Origin: Vicinamibacteria bacterium | Lineage (GTDB): Bacteria; Acidobacteriota; Vicinamibacteria; Marinacidobacterales; Marinacidobacteraceae | NCBI GenBank assembly: GCA_963555995.3 | Contig: OY821641.1 | Coordinates: 2,720,001 to 2,784,000, forward strand | Length of the DNA stretch: 64,000 nt | Direction of reading: 5' to 3' | In this document: in pieces, positions 46,304 through 56,109 of the stretch | Layout: each line of letters begins with the position of its first letter | How positions within the stretch are numbered: the first letter of the stretch is position 1 | The notes under the pieces: generated by a model | What the model was told of the DNA's origin: nothing | The model's input: only the letters and a program-made list of their open reading frames with translations | The model's database searches: none | Program-made: the position numbers and the translations under genes

Positions 46304-48020
46304 CATCGAAGCCGAGAGTCACCGGCTGCTGCTGCGCGCCGGTTTCATCAGGCAGCTCGGCCAGGGTCTTTATTCCTACCTGCCGCTCGCGCACCGGTCC
46401 ATCACCCGCATCGAGAACATCCTGCGGGAGGAGATGAACCGGATCGGCGGTCAGGAGATGACCATGCCGGTCGTCCATCCGGCCGAGATCTGGCGCCGCT
46501 CGGGACGCTACGACGCCGTCGGGCCGGAGATGGCGCGCTTCAAGGACCGCAAGAACAGCGACCTCGTGCTCGCCATGACCCACGAAGAGGTGGTGGCCGA
46601 CCTCTGCCGGAGCGAGATCCGCTCCCACCGGCAGCTCCCCCAACTGGTCTACCACATCCAGACCAAGTTCCGGGACGATCCGCGGCCCCGGGCGGGACTG
46701 ATCCGGGTGCGCGAGTTCACCATGAAGGACTCCTACACCCTCGACCACGACGCCGAGGGTCTGGAGCGGCAGTACCGCGCCCACTATGAGGCCTACTTCC
46801 GCATCTTCTGGCGCTGCGGGCTGCCCACGATCGCCGTCGGTTCCGACGTCGGCATGATGGGCGGCAGTCAGGCGCACGAGTTCATGTACCTGACGCCGGT
46901 GGGCGAGGACACCCTGGTCCTCTGCGGCGCCTGCGGCTACTCGGCGAACCGCCAGATCGCCCGCTTCGCCAAGCCCCCGGCGGAGCCGGAGGCCCCGTTG
47001 CCGCTCGAGCGGGTCGCCACCCCGGGCGCCCGCACGATCGCGGAACTCAGTGCGTTCCTGGAGATCCCCGCCGCCCGCACCGCGAAGGCGGTGTTCCTCA
47101 CGGCGGGGCTCGACGGCGGCGTCCGGGAGGAGCTCGTGGTCGCGATCATCCGCGGCGACCTGGACGTCAACGAGACCAAGCTCGCGAACGCGGTCGGCGC
47201 CTCGTGGCTCCGCCCGGCGGAAGACGACGCGATTCGGAACGCCGGGGCGACCCCGGGCTACGCCTCCCCGATCGGGCTCACCTCGGGCACGGTGGTGGTG
47301 GACGACTCGATCCCCGCCTCCCCGAACCTGGTCGCGGGCGCGAACGAACCGGACGTGCACTTCCGGAACGTGAACGCGGGCCGGGACTACGACCCGGGGC
47401 TCGTCACCGATATCGCGGTAGCGGAGGATGGCCATTGTTGCGTCAGGTGTGGGAAGCCGCTCCGCACCTCCCGCGGCGTCGAGGTCGGCAACATCTTCCA
47501 GCTCGGCACCCGCTACGGCGACGCCGCCGGAGCGCGCTTCCTCGACGACGAGGGGGTCGAGCGTCCCCTCTGGATGGGTTCCTACGGCATCGGCTCGGGC
47601 CGGCTGCTGGCCTGCGTCGCCGAAGAACACCGCGACGAGCACGGTCTCCGCTGGCCGATGAGCGTGTCCCCCTACGACGTCCACCTCATCCCGCTGGTCG
47701 GCCGCTCCGCCGACGACGCGGCGGGCGCGCAGGCGGAGCGTCTCCACGACGAACTCCAGGCCGCCGGGCTCGAGGTGCTGCTCGACGACCGCGACGAGCG
47801 CGCGGGGGTGAAGTTCGCGGACGCCGACCTGATCGGGATTCCACTGCGGGTGGTGGTTTCGGGCCGCTCTCTGGGCCGGGGCGGCGCGGAGGTCCGGATC
47901 CGGGGTGAACGGGAATCGGAAATCGTCCCGCTCGAGAACCTCGCCCAAGACCTCACCGCACGCCGGACCGCACTGCTGGACCGGATCGAGGAAGCCGTCC
48001 GGGTCCCGGAACTCGGCTGA
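46254..48020 (+). CDS. proS: Proline--tRNA ligase (bacterial type with editing insertion)
   Basis: SHRLLLRAGFIRQ, THEE, KFRDDPRPRAGLIRVREF.MKDSY, EVGNIFQLG, MGSYGIG. Confidence 0.97.
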   Translation: MRLSRHFGLTLREAPAGIEAESHRLLLRAGFIRQLGQGLYSYLPLAHRSITRIENILREEMNRIGGQEMTMPVVHPAEIWRRSGRYDAVGPEMARFKDRKNSDLVLAMTHEEVVADLCRSEIRSHRQLPQLVYHIQTKFRDDPRPRAGLIRVREFTMKDSYTLDHDAEGLERQYRAHYEAYFRIFWRCGLPTIAVGSDVGMMGGSQAHEFMYLTPVGEDTLVLCGACGYSANRQIARFAKPPAEPEAPLPLERVATPGARTIAELSAFLEIPAARTAKAVFLTAGLDGGVREELVVAIIRGDLDVNETKLANAVGASWLRPAEDDAIRNAGATPGYASPIGLTSGTVVVDDSIPASPNLVAGANEPDVHFRNVNAGRDYDPGLVTDIAVAEDGHCCVRCGKPLRTSRGVEVGNIFQLGTRYGDAAGARFLDDEGVERPLWMGSYGIGSGRLLACVAEEHRDEHGLRWPMSVSPYDVHLIPLVGRSADDAAGAQAERLHDELQAAGLEVLLDDRDERAGVKFADADLIGIPLRVVVSGRSLGRGGAEVRIRGERESEIVPLENLAQDLTARRTALLDRIEEAVRVPELG

Positions 48021-48040
48021 CGGCCGGGAACGGAGGATCC

Positions 48041-49456
48041 GTGTTCCAATCCGTCTCCGTCCCGCTTCCCGTTCTCGCGGTGCTGGCGGCGGGATGCCTC
48101 TACGGGTTGATCGTCCGTCCGCTCTGGCGGCGGCGGCGGGAGCGCCGCCACACCCACGCCTTCCACGAGGCGCAGGGGCGGCTGGCCATCCAGCCCTCGG
48201 CGTTCCAACTCCTCAAGCCGACCAGCGCCGCCGACCTCCTGATGGTGGATCCCGGGGTCCAGGAGGCGATCCTGCAGGAGGTGGAGACGACCGGGACCGA
48301 CCAGTGCGACGTGCTGGTGACGGCGCGGGAATACGCGCGCGAGATCGTCCCCTCGCTCAGTGCCGGTTTCTATTTCCGCCTGATCCAAGGTCCCCTGAAG
48401 CGCCTGCTCCTGCAACTCTTCCGGGTCCGGGTCCGCTACCTGGACGAAGCGGCGATCGTGCAGGCGGCCAGGACCTCGACCCCGGTCTTCGTCCTCAACC
48501 ACCGCAGCAACCTCGACTACGTCATCGCCGCGACCTCCCTCGCCGACCGGGCCATCCTGTCCTTCGCGGTGGGCGAGTGGGCGCGCTACTGGCCGCTCGA
48601 AGGGCTGCTGCGCGCCCTCGGCGGTTTCTTCGTGCGCCGGGGATCGGGGAACCCCCTCTACCGGGCGGTGCTCGCGGCCCACGTGAAGAGCGCCACCCGC
48701 GCCGGGGTCCCGCAGGCGTTCTACATCGAGGGACGCCTCTCGGAGGACGGGAGGCTGCGCAGTCCCCGGCTCGGCCTGCTCGACTACACGGTCCGGTCGT
48801 TCGACCCCGAAACGGGTCGCGACGTGGCGTTCGTGCCCGTGGCGGTGAACTACGACCGGATCATCGAGGACAGGAACCTCCAGATCATGAAGGCGAGCGG
48901 CAGGCGCACCTCGCGGGGGGCGTCGTGGCGAGGCACCGCGGCGTTTCTCGGCCACCAGCTCTGGCTCCGCCTGAGCCGCCGCCGAAAACCCTTCGGCCAC
49001 GCGACCCTCAGCGTCGGCGCCCCCGTGTCCCTCCGGGCGTGGCTCGCCACCCGGGACTTCGACCCGCGCGACGCCGGCCGCGAGGAACGTTTCGCCGAAG
49101 TGCAACTGCTGGCCGACCACCTCATGGAGCGCATCGCCGGCATCATGCCGGTGCTCCCGGTCCCGCTCATGGCGGCGGTCCTGCGCGACCGGGGGAACGA
49201 GGGAATCACGAGGGCCGAAGCGCGCGCCGCCGCCTTCGAGATCCTCGAGTCCCTCGAAGCCCGTCCCGGCGAGCCCGACATCCCCCGCGCGGACTGGGAG
49301 CCGGCCGTCGAACTGGGCCTGCAACTCCTGATGCAGCGACACCTGGTCCAAACCGAACGGGACCGGCTCACCATCCCCGAGCCGCGCCGCCACTTCGTGG
49401 ACTACTACGCCAACTCCATCCGCCACCTCATCCCGGCGCGATCCGCCGCACCTTAG
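48041..49456 (+). CDS. PlsB-like glycerol-3-phosphate acyltransferase family protein
   Basis: NHRSNLDY (HxxxxD), GGFFVRR, FYIEGRLSEDG, PVAVNYDRI. Confidence 0.85.
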   Translation: MFQSVSVPLPVLAVLAAGCLYGLIVRPLWRRRRERRHTHAFHEAQGRLAIQPSAFQLLKPTSAADLLMVDPGVQEAILQEVETTGTDQCDVLVTAREYAREIVPSLSAGFYFRLIQGPLKRLLLQLFRVRVRYLDEAAIVQAARTSTPVFVLNHRSNLDYVIAATSLADRAILSFAVGEWARYWPLEGLLRALGGFFVRRGSGNPLYRAVLAAHVKSATRAGVPQAFYIEGRLSEDGRLRSPRLGLLDYTVRSFDPETGRDVAFVPVAVNYDRIIEDRNLQIMKASGRRTSRGASWRGTAAFLGHQLWLRLSRRRKPFGHATLSVGAPVSLRAWLATRDFDPRDAGREERFAEVQLLADHLMERIAGIMPVLPVPLMAAVLRDRGNEGITRAEARAAAFEILESLEARPGEPDIPRADWEPAVELGLQLLMQRHLVQTERDRLTIPEPRRHFVDYYANSIRHLIPARSAAP

Positions 49457-49495
49457 GAAGACCCGGCCAGCCTCCACGGGCCACGGTCGCGCAAC

Positions 49496-49552
49496 GGCCT
49501 GGAACGCCGGTCTCGAGACCGGCACGCGCGGCGCGCCGCGCACGTCGCAACG
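49496..49552 (+). repeat. REP-like two-hairpin element
   Basis: GGCCTGGAACGCCGGTCTCGAGACCGGCACGCGCGGCGCGCCGCGCACG. Confidence 0.9.
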
Positions 49553-49621
49553 CTATGCGCCGAAAGGAGGTAGCCGGAGACGTCTTCTTCGACGAATCTC
49601 CAGTAGATAGGACGCGAGGCT

Positions 49622-50866
49622 TCAGGCGGGTGAAGAGTTCCGGGTGATCCTGGGCAGTCGCCCGTAGGTCAGCGTCCGCCAGAGCCACTCCAGTGGGCCG
49701 TAGGAGTACCGGCGCACCCAGATCGGGGAGAGCCAGAGCTGGAGCGCCCACACCGCGAAGACGATCAGGAGCTGCTGATAGCGCTCGGCGCTCCCGAAGA
49801 GGCCGAGTCCGTGGCCGTAGAAGATCGTCGTACAGAGGACCGTCTGGAGCAGGTAGTTGGTGAAGGCCATCCGGCCCACCGCCGCCAGCCGCGCCTGGAG
49901 ACCCGGCAGGAAGCCGCGGCGAACGGCGAGCATCACGAGTCCGAGGTAGCCGAGCGCCACCGGGATGCATCCCCACGAGTTGAAGAGGGTGCCGAAGAAC
50001 ATCGAACGCTGCCAAGCCCAGCCGCCCGCGAAGTTCCACCACATGCCGAAGGCCGCCAGCGGCAAGCCGGTCAGGAGTCCGATGGCGGCGAGCCGCCGGT
50101 AGAAACGGTCGTCCTTCGCCGCGCTCAGGACTCCCCACTTGTAGAGCGCCATGCCGATGCACATCAGGCCGCCGCAGAACCAGATGGCGAAGAACGGCAG
50201 CAAGCCGAGGTGGATTCCGAGCGCCTCTTCCGCCCGGACCGGCTGCTGTTCGCTCCAGCCGCCGCGATAGGCCGCGATCTCGGCTTCCAGTTGGGGGGCG
50301 TCGGGCTTCCATCCCCTCTCGACCTCGGAGATCGCTTCGTCCGGGACTTCGGGAAGCGTCAGCGCCGTTCCGCCGGCCACCAGGAACAGACTCGTCACCG
50401 TGAGCGAGGCCAATCCGGCGACCAGCAGCGTGCGCGGGCGGCGTCGCCGCAACAGATAGACGAGACACCCGCAGATCGCATAGGTCACGAGGATGTCCCC
50501 GGCCCAGAGCAGATAGGCGTGCGCGAGCCCGAACGCCAGCAGCCAACCCATGCGGCGGTAGTGCCACCCCGCGGGGCGGCCGCCCCGCGCTTCGATGCGA
50601 TCGGCGAAGAGGCAGACTCCCGCGCCGAACAGCATCGAGAACAGGCTCAGGAACTTCTGGCTGAAGAAGACGTGGGCGAACGTCCACACCCCGAGGTTGA
50701 TCCCGGTGAGGTCGCCGAACGCCGTCGGGTTCTGGTACGCCGCGGCCGGCATCGAGAAGAGCTGGATGTTCATCACCAGGATGCCGAGCAGCGCGAACCC
50801 GCGCAGCACGTCCAGGCTGGCGATCCGCCCGCCGGCCTCTACCGGATTCGCCGGGCGTTCGGTCAA
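49622..50866 (-). CDS. DUF418 (YeiB-like) membrane protein
   Basis: RIASLDVLRGFALLGIL, LFSMLFGAG, GDIL, GRMAFTNYLLQ, GPLEWLWR. Confidence 0.9.
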   Translation of the reverse strand: MTERPANPVEAGGRIASLDVLRGFALLGILVMNIQLFSMPAAAYQNPTAFGDLTGINLGVWTFAHVFFSQKFLSLFSMLFGAGVCLFADRIEARGGRPAGWHYRRMGWLLAFGLAHAYLLWAGDILVTYAICGCLVYLLRRRRPRTLLVAGLASLTVTSLFLVAGGTALTLPEVPDEAISEVERGWKPDAPQLEAEIAAYRGGWSEQQPVRAEEALGIHLGLLPFFAIWFCGGLMCIGMALYKWGVLSAAKDDRFYRRLAAIGLLTGLPLAAFGMWWNFAGGWAWQRSMFFGTLFNSWGCIPVALGYLGLVMLAVRRGFLPGLQARLAAVGRMAFTNYLLQTVLCTTIFYGHGLGLFGSAERYQQLLIVFAVWALQLWLSPIWVRRYSYGPLEWLWRTLTYGRLPRITRNSSPA

Positions 50867-50867
50867 A

Positions 50868-51545
50868 TCAGGATCCCTCGGGGTCCGCGGCGCGGTACAA
50901 CCAGGCCGCGAACGGCGTCGCGAGGAGCGCGCCCGCGATCTCCATGAGCACGAACATCGGAGCGTCTTGGGGCCGGATGCCGCAGAAGGTGTCCGTGAAG
51001 CTCCGCGCCAGCGTGACGGCCGGGTTCGCGAACGAGGTCGAGGCGGTGAACCAGCAGGCCGCGAAGATGTAGATGCCCACCGCGGCCGCCACCGCCCGCG
51101 GGCGGACCTTGATGCAGCCGAAGATGGTCAGGATCAGCCCGAACGTGGCCACCACTTCCGAGACCCACTGGCCGGGTCCCGTACGCACCTGGGTGGCGGT
51201 CTGCAGGAGCGGCAGGTCGAACATCAGGTGCGTCACGAGCATCCCGGCGAGCCCGCCCGCCGCCTGCACGACGACGTAGAGCCCGGCGTCGCGCCCGGAG
51301 ATCTCCTTCCGGAGCAGGAAGGCCAGCGTCACCGCCGGGTTGATGTGGCAGCCGGACACCGGGGCGAAGAGCCAGATGAGGACCACCAGACCCGCGCCGA
51401 TGGCCGCGGTGGTTCCGATGAGCGCCACTCCGTCGTTCCCGCCCGACAGGTTGACGGCCATGATGCCGGCCCCGATGATCACCGCGAGCAGGCCGGCGGT
51501 GCCGAGGAATTCGGCGGCCAGGCGCCGGAGGAGCGTCGTACTCAC
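50868..51545 (-). CDS. MIP/aquaporin family channel (AqpS-like)
   Basis: AEFLGT, SGCHINPAVT, FTASTSFANPAVT. Confidence 0.9.
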   Translation of the reverse strand: MSTTLLRRLAAEFLGTAGLLAVIIGAGIMAVNLSGGNDGVALIGTTAAIGAGLVVLIWLFAPVSGCHINPAVTLAFLLRKEISGRDAGLYVVVQAAGGLAGMLVTHLMFDLPLLQTATQVRTGPGQWVSEVVATFGLILTIFGCIKVRPRAVAAAVGIYIFAACWFTASTSFANPAVTLARSFTDTFCGIRPQDAPMFVLMEIAGALLATPFAAWLYRAADPEGS

Positions 51546-51647
51546 GCGGGCGACATTGTGCCATTCACCGTCCGTCTCCGCCGCGGCCGCCGAACGCCAC
51601 TACGATCCTCACCGCCGGTTTCGATTCGTCCGGGAGACCCGCCGACC

Positions 51648-53132
51648 ATGATCCCAAGCGCCACCCCGTTCCGCTGTCTGTCCGCCCTGCTGTGCTGCGT
51701 GTTCGCCCCGACCGCCCTGGCTCAGGACGCCCCGATCTTCACCCGGGACTTCCCCGCGGAGGAGTTCCAGACCCGCCGGGAAGCCGTGCTGGACGCGGTC
51801 GGACCGGGAGGCGCGGCGGTCCTCCAGGGCGCCGGCTCCCCCCTCGCCTACCAGCGCTTCCGGCAGACGAACTCCTTCTACTACCTCACCGGGGTCGAGA
51901 CGCCGCACGCCTACCTGCTGCTCGACGGCGCCTCCCGCCGCTCCGTGCTCTACCTGCCGCACCGGAACGCGCGGCGGGAAGCCTCCGAGGGGCGCCTGCT
52001 GACGGCGGAGGACGCGGACCTGGCCCGGGAACTCACCGGGGTGGACGACGTGTTCGGAACGTGGAGGCTGAGCGACGACCTCGCCCGGATGGCCTGGGGC
52101 AATCGCCCGCCGACCCTGCACACCCCGCTCAGCCCCGCGGAACTCGCCGCCATGAGCCGGGATCTCGCCACCCGGGGCAACTCCGACATCGCGAACGACC
52201 CGTGGGACGGCCGGCCGTCCCGGGAGGCCAACTTCGCCGCCCGGCTCCGGGACCGGTTCCCCAAGCTGGACATCAAGGACCTGTCGCCGGTGCTCGACCG
52301 GCTGCGGCTGGTCAAGAGCGAACGGGAGGTCGCCCTCATCCGCAAGGCGACCGACCTCTCCGGGCTGACGCTCATGGAGGCGATGCGCTCGACGCGTCCC
52401 GGTATCCACGAGTACGAACTCGACGCCGTCGGGAAGTTCCTCTTCTTCCGGGACGGCGCGCAGTCGGAGGCCTACTACTCGCTGGTGGCGACCGGGACGA
52501 ACGCCTGGTACCCGCACTACCACCGGGGGGCGAGCCGGCTCGAAGATGGGCAACTGATCCTCATGGACTACGCCCCGGACATCGGCTACTACACCAGCGA
52601 CGTGACCCGGATGTGGCCGGTGAACGGCGTCTTCAGCGAGTGGCAGCGCGATCTCTACGGGTTCTACCTCGCCTGCTACCGGGCGATCCTGGACGCCATC
52701 CGGCCGGGCGACGTGGCGACCATCATGGGCGAGGCGGCGACCCGGATGGAGGAGCTGGCGCGGACCTGGCCGTTCACCAAACCCCACTACCGGCCGGCCG
52801 CGGAAGCGTTCGTCGCCGCCTACCGGCGCCGCGCCTCGGGACGCAGCTCGATGGGGCACGGGGTGGGGATGGCGGTCCACGACGTGGGCGACGCCGACGG
52901 GACGCTGACCCCGGGGATGGTGTTCACCATCGAACCCCAGTTTCGAGTCCCGGAGGACCGGATCTACATCCGGCTCGAGGACGTGATCCTGATCACCGAG
53001 GACGGCGCTGAGAACCTCTCGGAGTTCGTGCCGCTCGAGATGGACGCCATCGAGGCGTTGATGGCGGAACCGGGGTTGCTGGATCTCTACCCGAGCCCGC
53101 TCGGGGGTCGTCCGGAACCCCCGGGCGAGTAA
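51648..53132 (+). CDS. Exported Xaa-Pro aminopeptidase (M24)
   Basis: Signal peptide; FYYLTG, LRLVKS..E, MD...SDVTR, GHGVGMAVHD, FTIEP, IRLED. Confidence 0.9.
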   Translation: MIPSATPFRCLSALLCCVFAPTALAQDAPIFTRDFPAEEFQTRREAVLDAVGPGGAAVLQGAGSPLAYQRFRQTNSFYYLTGVETPHAYLLLDGASRRSVLYLPHRNARREASEGRLLTAEDADLARELTGVDDVFGTWRLSDDLARMAWGNRPPTLHTPLSPAELAAMSRDLATRGNSDIANDPWDGRPSREANFAARLRDRFPKLDIKDLSPVLDRLRLVKSEREVALIRKATDLSGLTLMEAMRSTRPGIHEYELDAVGKFLFFRDGAQSEAYYSLVATGTNAWYPHYHRGASRLEDGQLILMDYAPDIGYYTSDVTRMWPVNGVFSEWQRDLYGFYLACYRAILDAIRPGDVATIMGEAATRMEELARTWPFTKPHYRPAAEAFVAAYRRRASGRSSMGHGVGMAVHDVGDADGTLTPGMVFTIEPQFRVPEDRIYIRLEDVILITEDGAENLSEFVPLEMDAIEALMAEPGLLDLYPSPLGGRPEPPGE

Positions 53133-53302
53133 CCCGGTCCCGGCCTCGTCCGTCGCTTGGTCGCATTCTGACGGCGGTTTCGTTGATTTGACGGTCAATT
53201 TCACGGAACGGCCGTTGTTTTGACACTCGCCCGGGCCGCCGGATGGGGCACGCCGCCACCCGCGCGGGACAGGCAGAAGCGCCATCGCGCGGATCGGCGT
53301 TT

Positions 53303-53447
53303 CGACGTGCGCGGCGCGGAGCTCCGCGCGTGCCGGTCTGGAGACCGGCGTTCCAAGCCGTACGCGCACTCCAACGCGAGCGGCCCTACGCGGCTCCGCC
53401 CGCCTGCGGCGGGCTGTGCCGGCTGAAGCCGGCGTTCCAAGCCGTAC
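53303..53447 (-). repeat. Two direct REP-like elements of different loop subtypes
   Basis: 53303-53359 (TCTCCAGA) and 53398-53443 (CTTCAG); both are followed on the plus strand by CCAAGCCGTACGCGC. Confidence 0.88.
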
Positions 53448-53520
53448 GCGCTTTCCGCGGGAACGGGTCCGGGCGACGCGCGTTCTGACTTTGGGGGAGA
53501 ATTGGGGCGGAGCGATCCGG

Positions 53521-56013
53521 ATGCTGCACGAGTTCGCCGAGGCGCTGAAGAGCCTTTCGAAACGGCCGGGGTTCGCCCTGCTGGTCTGCGTTCCGCTCGC
53601 GCTCGGGATCGGGGCGACCTCGACGGTCTTCTCGGCGGTTTACGGGGTGCTGCTGAAGGCGCCCGACTACCGGGAGCCCGAACGGTTGATGCAGGTGTGG
53701 GAACGGCGGCCTCGGCTGCCGATGCCGGACGAGGTGGCGGCGTTCTCCACCGACCACTTCCGCCGCTGGCGCGACGCCAATACGGTGTTCGAGGGGCTCG
53801 CCATGTACGGCGACCGTCCCGTGGCGTACCGCGGACTCGCGGCGGCGCCCGGCGAGCCGCGTCCGTTGTCCGCCGAACAGGTGTCACCCGAGCTGTTCGA
53901 GATCCTGGGCGTGCCGCCCGTGCTGGGACGGGCTTTCCGTCCCGAGGAGGCGACGCCGGGCCGGGACGCGGTGGTGATGCTGAGCCATGCGTTCTGGCGA
54001 CGCGAGTTCGGGGGCGACCCGGAGATCCTGGGGCAGGCGCTCAGCCTGAACGACCGGAGCTTCGAGATCGTCGGCGTCATGCCTCCGGACTTCGGCTTCC
54101 CGATCCCCACCACCGAGATCTACGTCCCCTACCCGACGGAGCCGCCCGCCGACCTCCAGCCCGGCCAGGTCCGGCTCGAGCTGGTCCAGGTGGTGGGCCG
54201 GCTGCGGGACGGCGTCAGCATCGAGCAGGCCGAGGAGGAAGCCGCGGCGCTCATCGCCCGGCTGAGCGAGGAGAGCGAGATCCAGCGGATGCTCAACGAG
54301 GGGGTGAGCGTGCACCTCGGCTCGTTCACCGAGCGTTCGACGCGCCGGATCCGGCAGCCGCTCATGGCGCTCTTCGGGGTCACCCTGCTCGTACTGCTCA
54401 TCGTCTGCGGGAACGTGGCCAACCTGCTGCTCACCCGCGCCGCCTGGCGGGAACGGGAACTCGCGGTGCGCAGCGCGCTCGGCGCAGGCCGGTCGCGCCT
54501 CTTGCGCCGGCTGCTCGCCGAGAGCGCGCTGCTGGCCGCCGTCGCCGGAGCCGTCGGAACCCTGCTGGCGGTGGCCGGGGCCGGCCTGGTGCGTTCGCTG
54601 ACCGTCCTCGGCCTGCCCCAGCTCGCGGCGGCGAGCGTGGACCTGCGGGTTGTCGGCTTCACCTTTGCCGTCGCCGGGCTGGCCGCGCTGGTGTTCGGAA
54701 CCCTGCCGGCCCTGAAGGCGTCGTCGCGTGACCCGGCGGCGGCCCTCGACGCCTCGGCGCGCGGCGAATCGGCTCCGCTGGGCGGGAGTTCGCGCGGCCT
54801 GGGGCACCGGGGCCTCTTCGCGGCCCTCCAGCTCGCGTTGGCGCTCCCGCTGCTGATCGGCGCCGGCCTGCTGACCCGGAGTTTCGTCGCCCTGGTGAGC
54901 GCGCCGCCGGGGTACGAGCCCGAGAACACCGCCGTCTTCGAGGTCCAGGTCGCCGCCGACCGCTACCCGGACACCGCGGGACAGACCGCGTTGTTCGACC
55001 GGGTCCGCGAGTCGCTGGCGGCGGTCCCGGGGGTCACCCGGGTGGGCGTCGTGGACACGCTTCCGCTGAGCGGCGAGCGGGCCGTCATCGGCTTCCAGCG
55101 CATCGGCGAAGCGCCGGTCACCGACCCAAACCAGGTGCCGCGCGCCCTCTTCCGCCGCGTGTCACCGGGGTACTTCCAGGCCATGGGGATTCCGCTCCGG
55201 GAGGGGCGGGCGTTCGAGGAGAGCGACCGCTCCAACCCGGGCGCGGTGTCCATCGTGAACGAGAGCCTCGTCCAGCGGTACCTGTCCGACCCGCCGGTCG
55301 GACTCGAACTGGCGGGCATGGGAGCGATCGTCGGGGTGGTGGGCGACGTCTACGAAGAGGGTGTGGACACCCCGCCCGAGCCCATCCTCTACCGCCTGGA
55401 CGGCGACGAACGGATGCCGGGAGGCGGCGACGTCATCCGGAGGAGCGTGGTGCTCCGGCATGCGCCGGGCGCCGCCGTCCTGGAAGCCGCCGCCGCCCGG
55501 CTCGGGGAGGTGGACCCCGAGCTGGCCGCCCTGAATCCCCGCACGCTGGGAGACCGCATCCGGGAATCGGTCGCCCAGCCCCGGCTCTACGCGCTGCTGC
55601 TCGGCGGCTTCGCCGCCGCGGCGCTGCTGCTCGCCGCCTGGGGCGTCTTCGGGGTCGTCGGGTTCCAGGCGAACGCGCGGATTCCCGCGCACGGGGTGCG
55701 CATGGCGTTCGGTGCCACTCCGGCGGACATCCGCCGGCTGGTCCTCCGCGACGCGCTGCGCATCGCTGCCTTCGGGCTCCTGCCCGGGCTGCTCCTCGCG
55801 TTCGTGCTCGTGCGGCTGGCCGGGAGCGAACTGAGCCCCCTGCTCTTCGAGATCACGCCGCTCGATCCGGTGGTCTACGCCCTGGTGCCGCTGCTGCTGC
55901 TCGCCGCGGTGCTGGCGGCGGCGCTTCAGCCCGCCACCGCCGCCAGCCGCCTGAACGTGGTGCAGGCGCTTCGCTCCGAGCATCCGCAGGCCCGAAAGAG
56001 CTGGTTCGCCTGA
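53521..56013 (+). CDS. ADOP-type duplicated MacB/FtsX ABC permease
   Basis: LALGIGA..VFS.V..VLL, IVGVMPPDF, LLIVCGNVANLLL.RA..R.RELAVR.ALGA; duplicated architecture; no cognate ATPase adjacent. Confidence 0.88.
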   Translation: MLHEFAEALKSLSKRPGFALLVCVPLALGIGATSTVFSAVYGVLLKAPDYREPERLMQVWERRPRLPMPDEVAAFSTDHFRRWRDANTVFEGLAMYGDRPVAYRGLAAAPGEPRPLSAEQVSPELFEILGVPPVLGRAFRPEEATPGRDAVVMLSHAFWRREFGGDPEILGQALSLNDRSFEIVGVMPPDFGFPIPTTEIYVPYPTEPPADLQPGQVRLELVQVVGRLRDGVSIEQAEEEAAALIARLSEESEIQRMLNEGVSVHLGSFTERSTRRIRQPLMALFGVTLLVLLIVCGNVANLLLTRAAWRERELAVRSALGAGRSRLLRRLLAESALLAAVAGAVGTLLAVAGAGLVRSLTVLGLPQLAAASVDLRVVGFTFAVAGLAALVFGTLPALKASSRDPAAALDASARGESAPLGGSSRGLGHRGLFAALQLALALPLLIGAGLLTRSFVALVSAPPGYEPENTAVFEVQVAADRYPDTAGQTALFDRVRESLAAVPGVTRVGVVDTLPLSGERAVIGFQRIGEAPVTDPNQVPRALFRRVSPGYFQAMGIPLREGRAFEESDRSNPGAVSIVNESLVQRYLSDPPVGLELAGMGAIVGVVGDVYEEGVDTPPEPILYRLDGDERMPGGGDVIRRSVVLRHAPGAAVLEAAAARLGEVDPELAALNPRTLGDRIRESVAQPRLYALLLGGFAAAALLLAAWGVFGVVGFQANARIPAHGVRMAFGATPADIRRLVLRDALRIAAFGLLPGLLLAFVLVRLAGSELSPLLFEITPLDPVVYALVPLLLLAAVLAAALQPATAASRLNVVQALRSEHPQARKSWFA

Positions 56014-56109
56014 CGAGTTCCGGCCCTTCTCCCGAGTCCGGGAGGGGAACGTTCGGCAGGGCATCGGCGTAGCAAGCCCCCGAACGAGACCGACATAGGA
56101 TTCGCCAAG

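Noticed and set aside
50868-51545. Arsenic resistance operon
   Set aside because: The AqpS-like channel has no arsR or arsC neighbours
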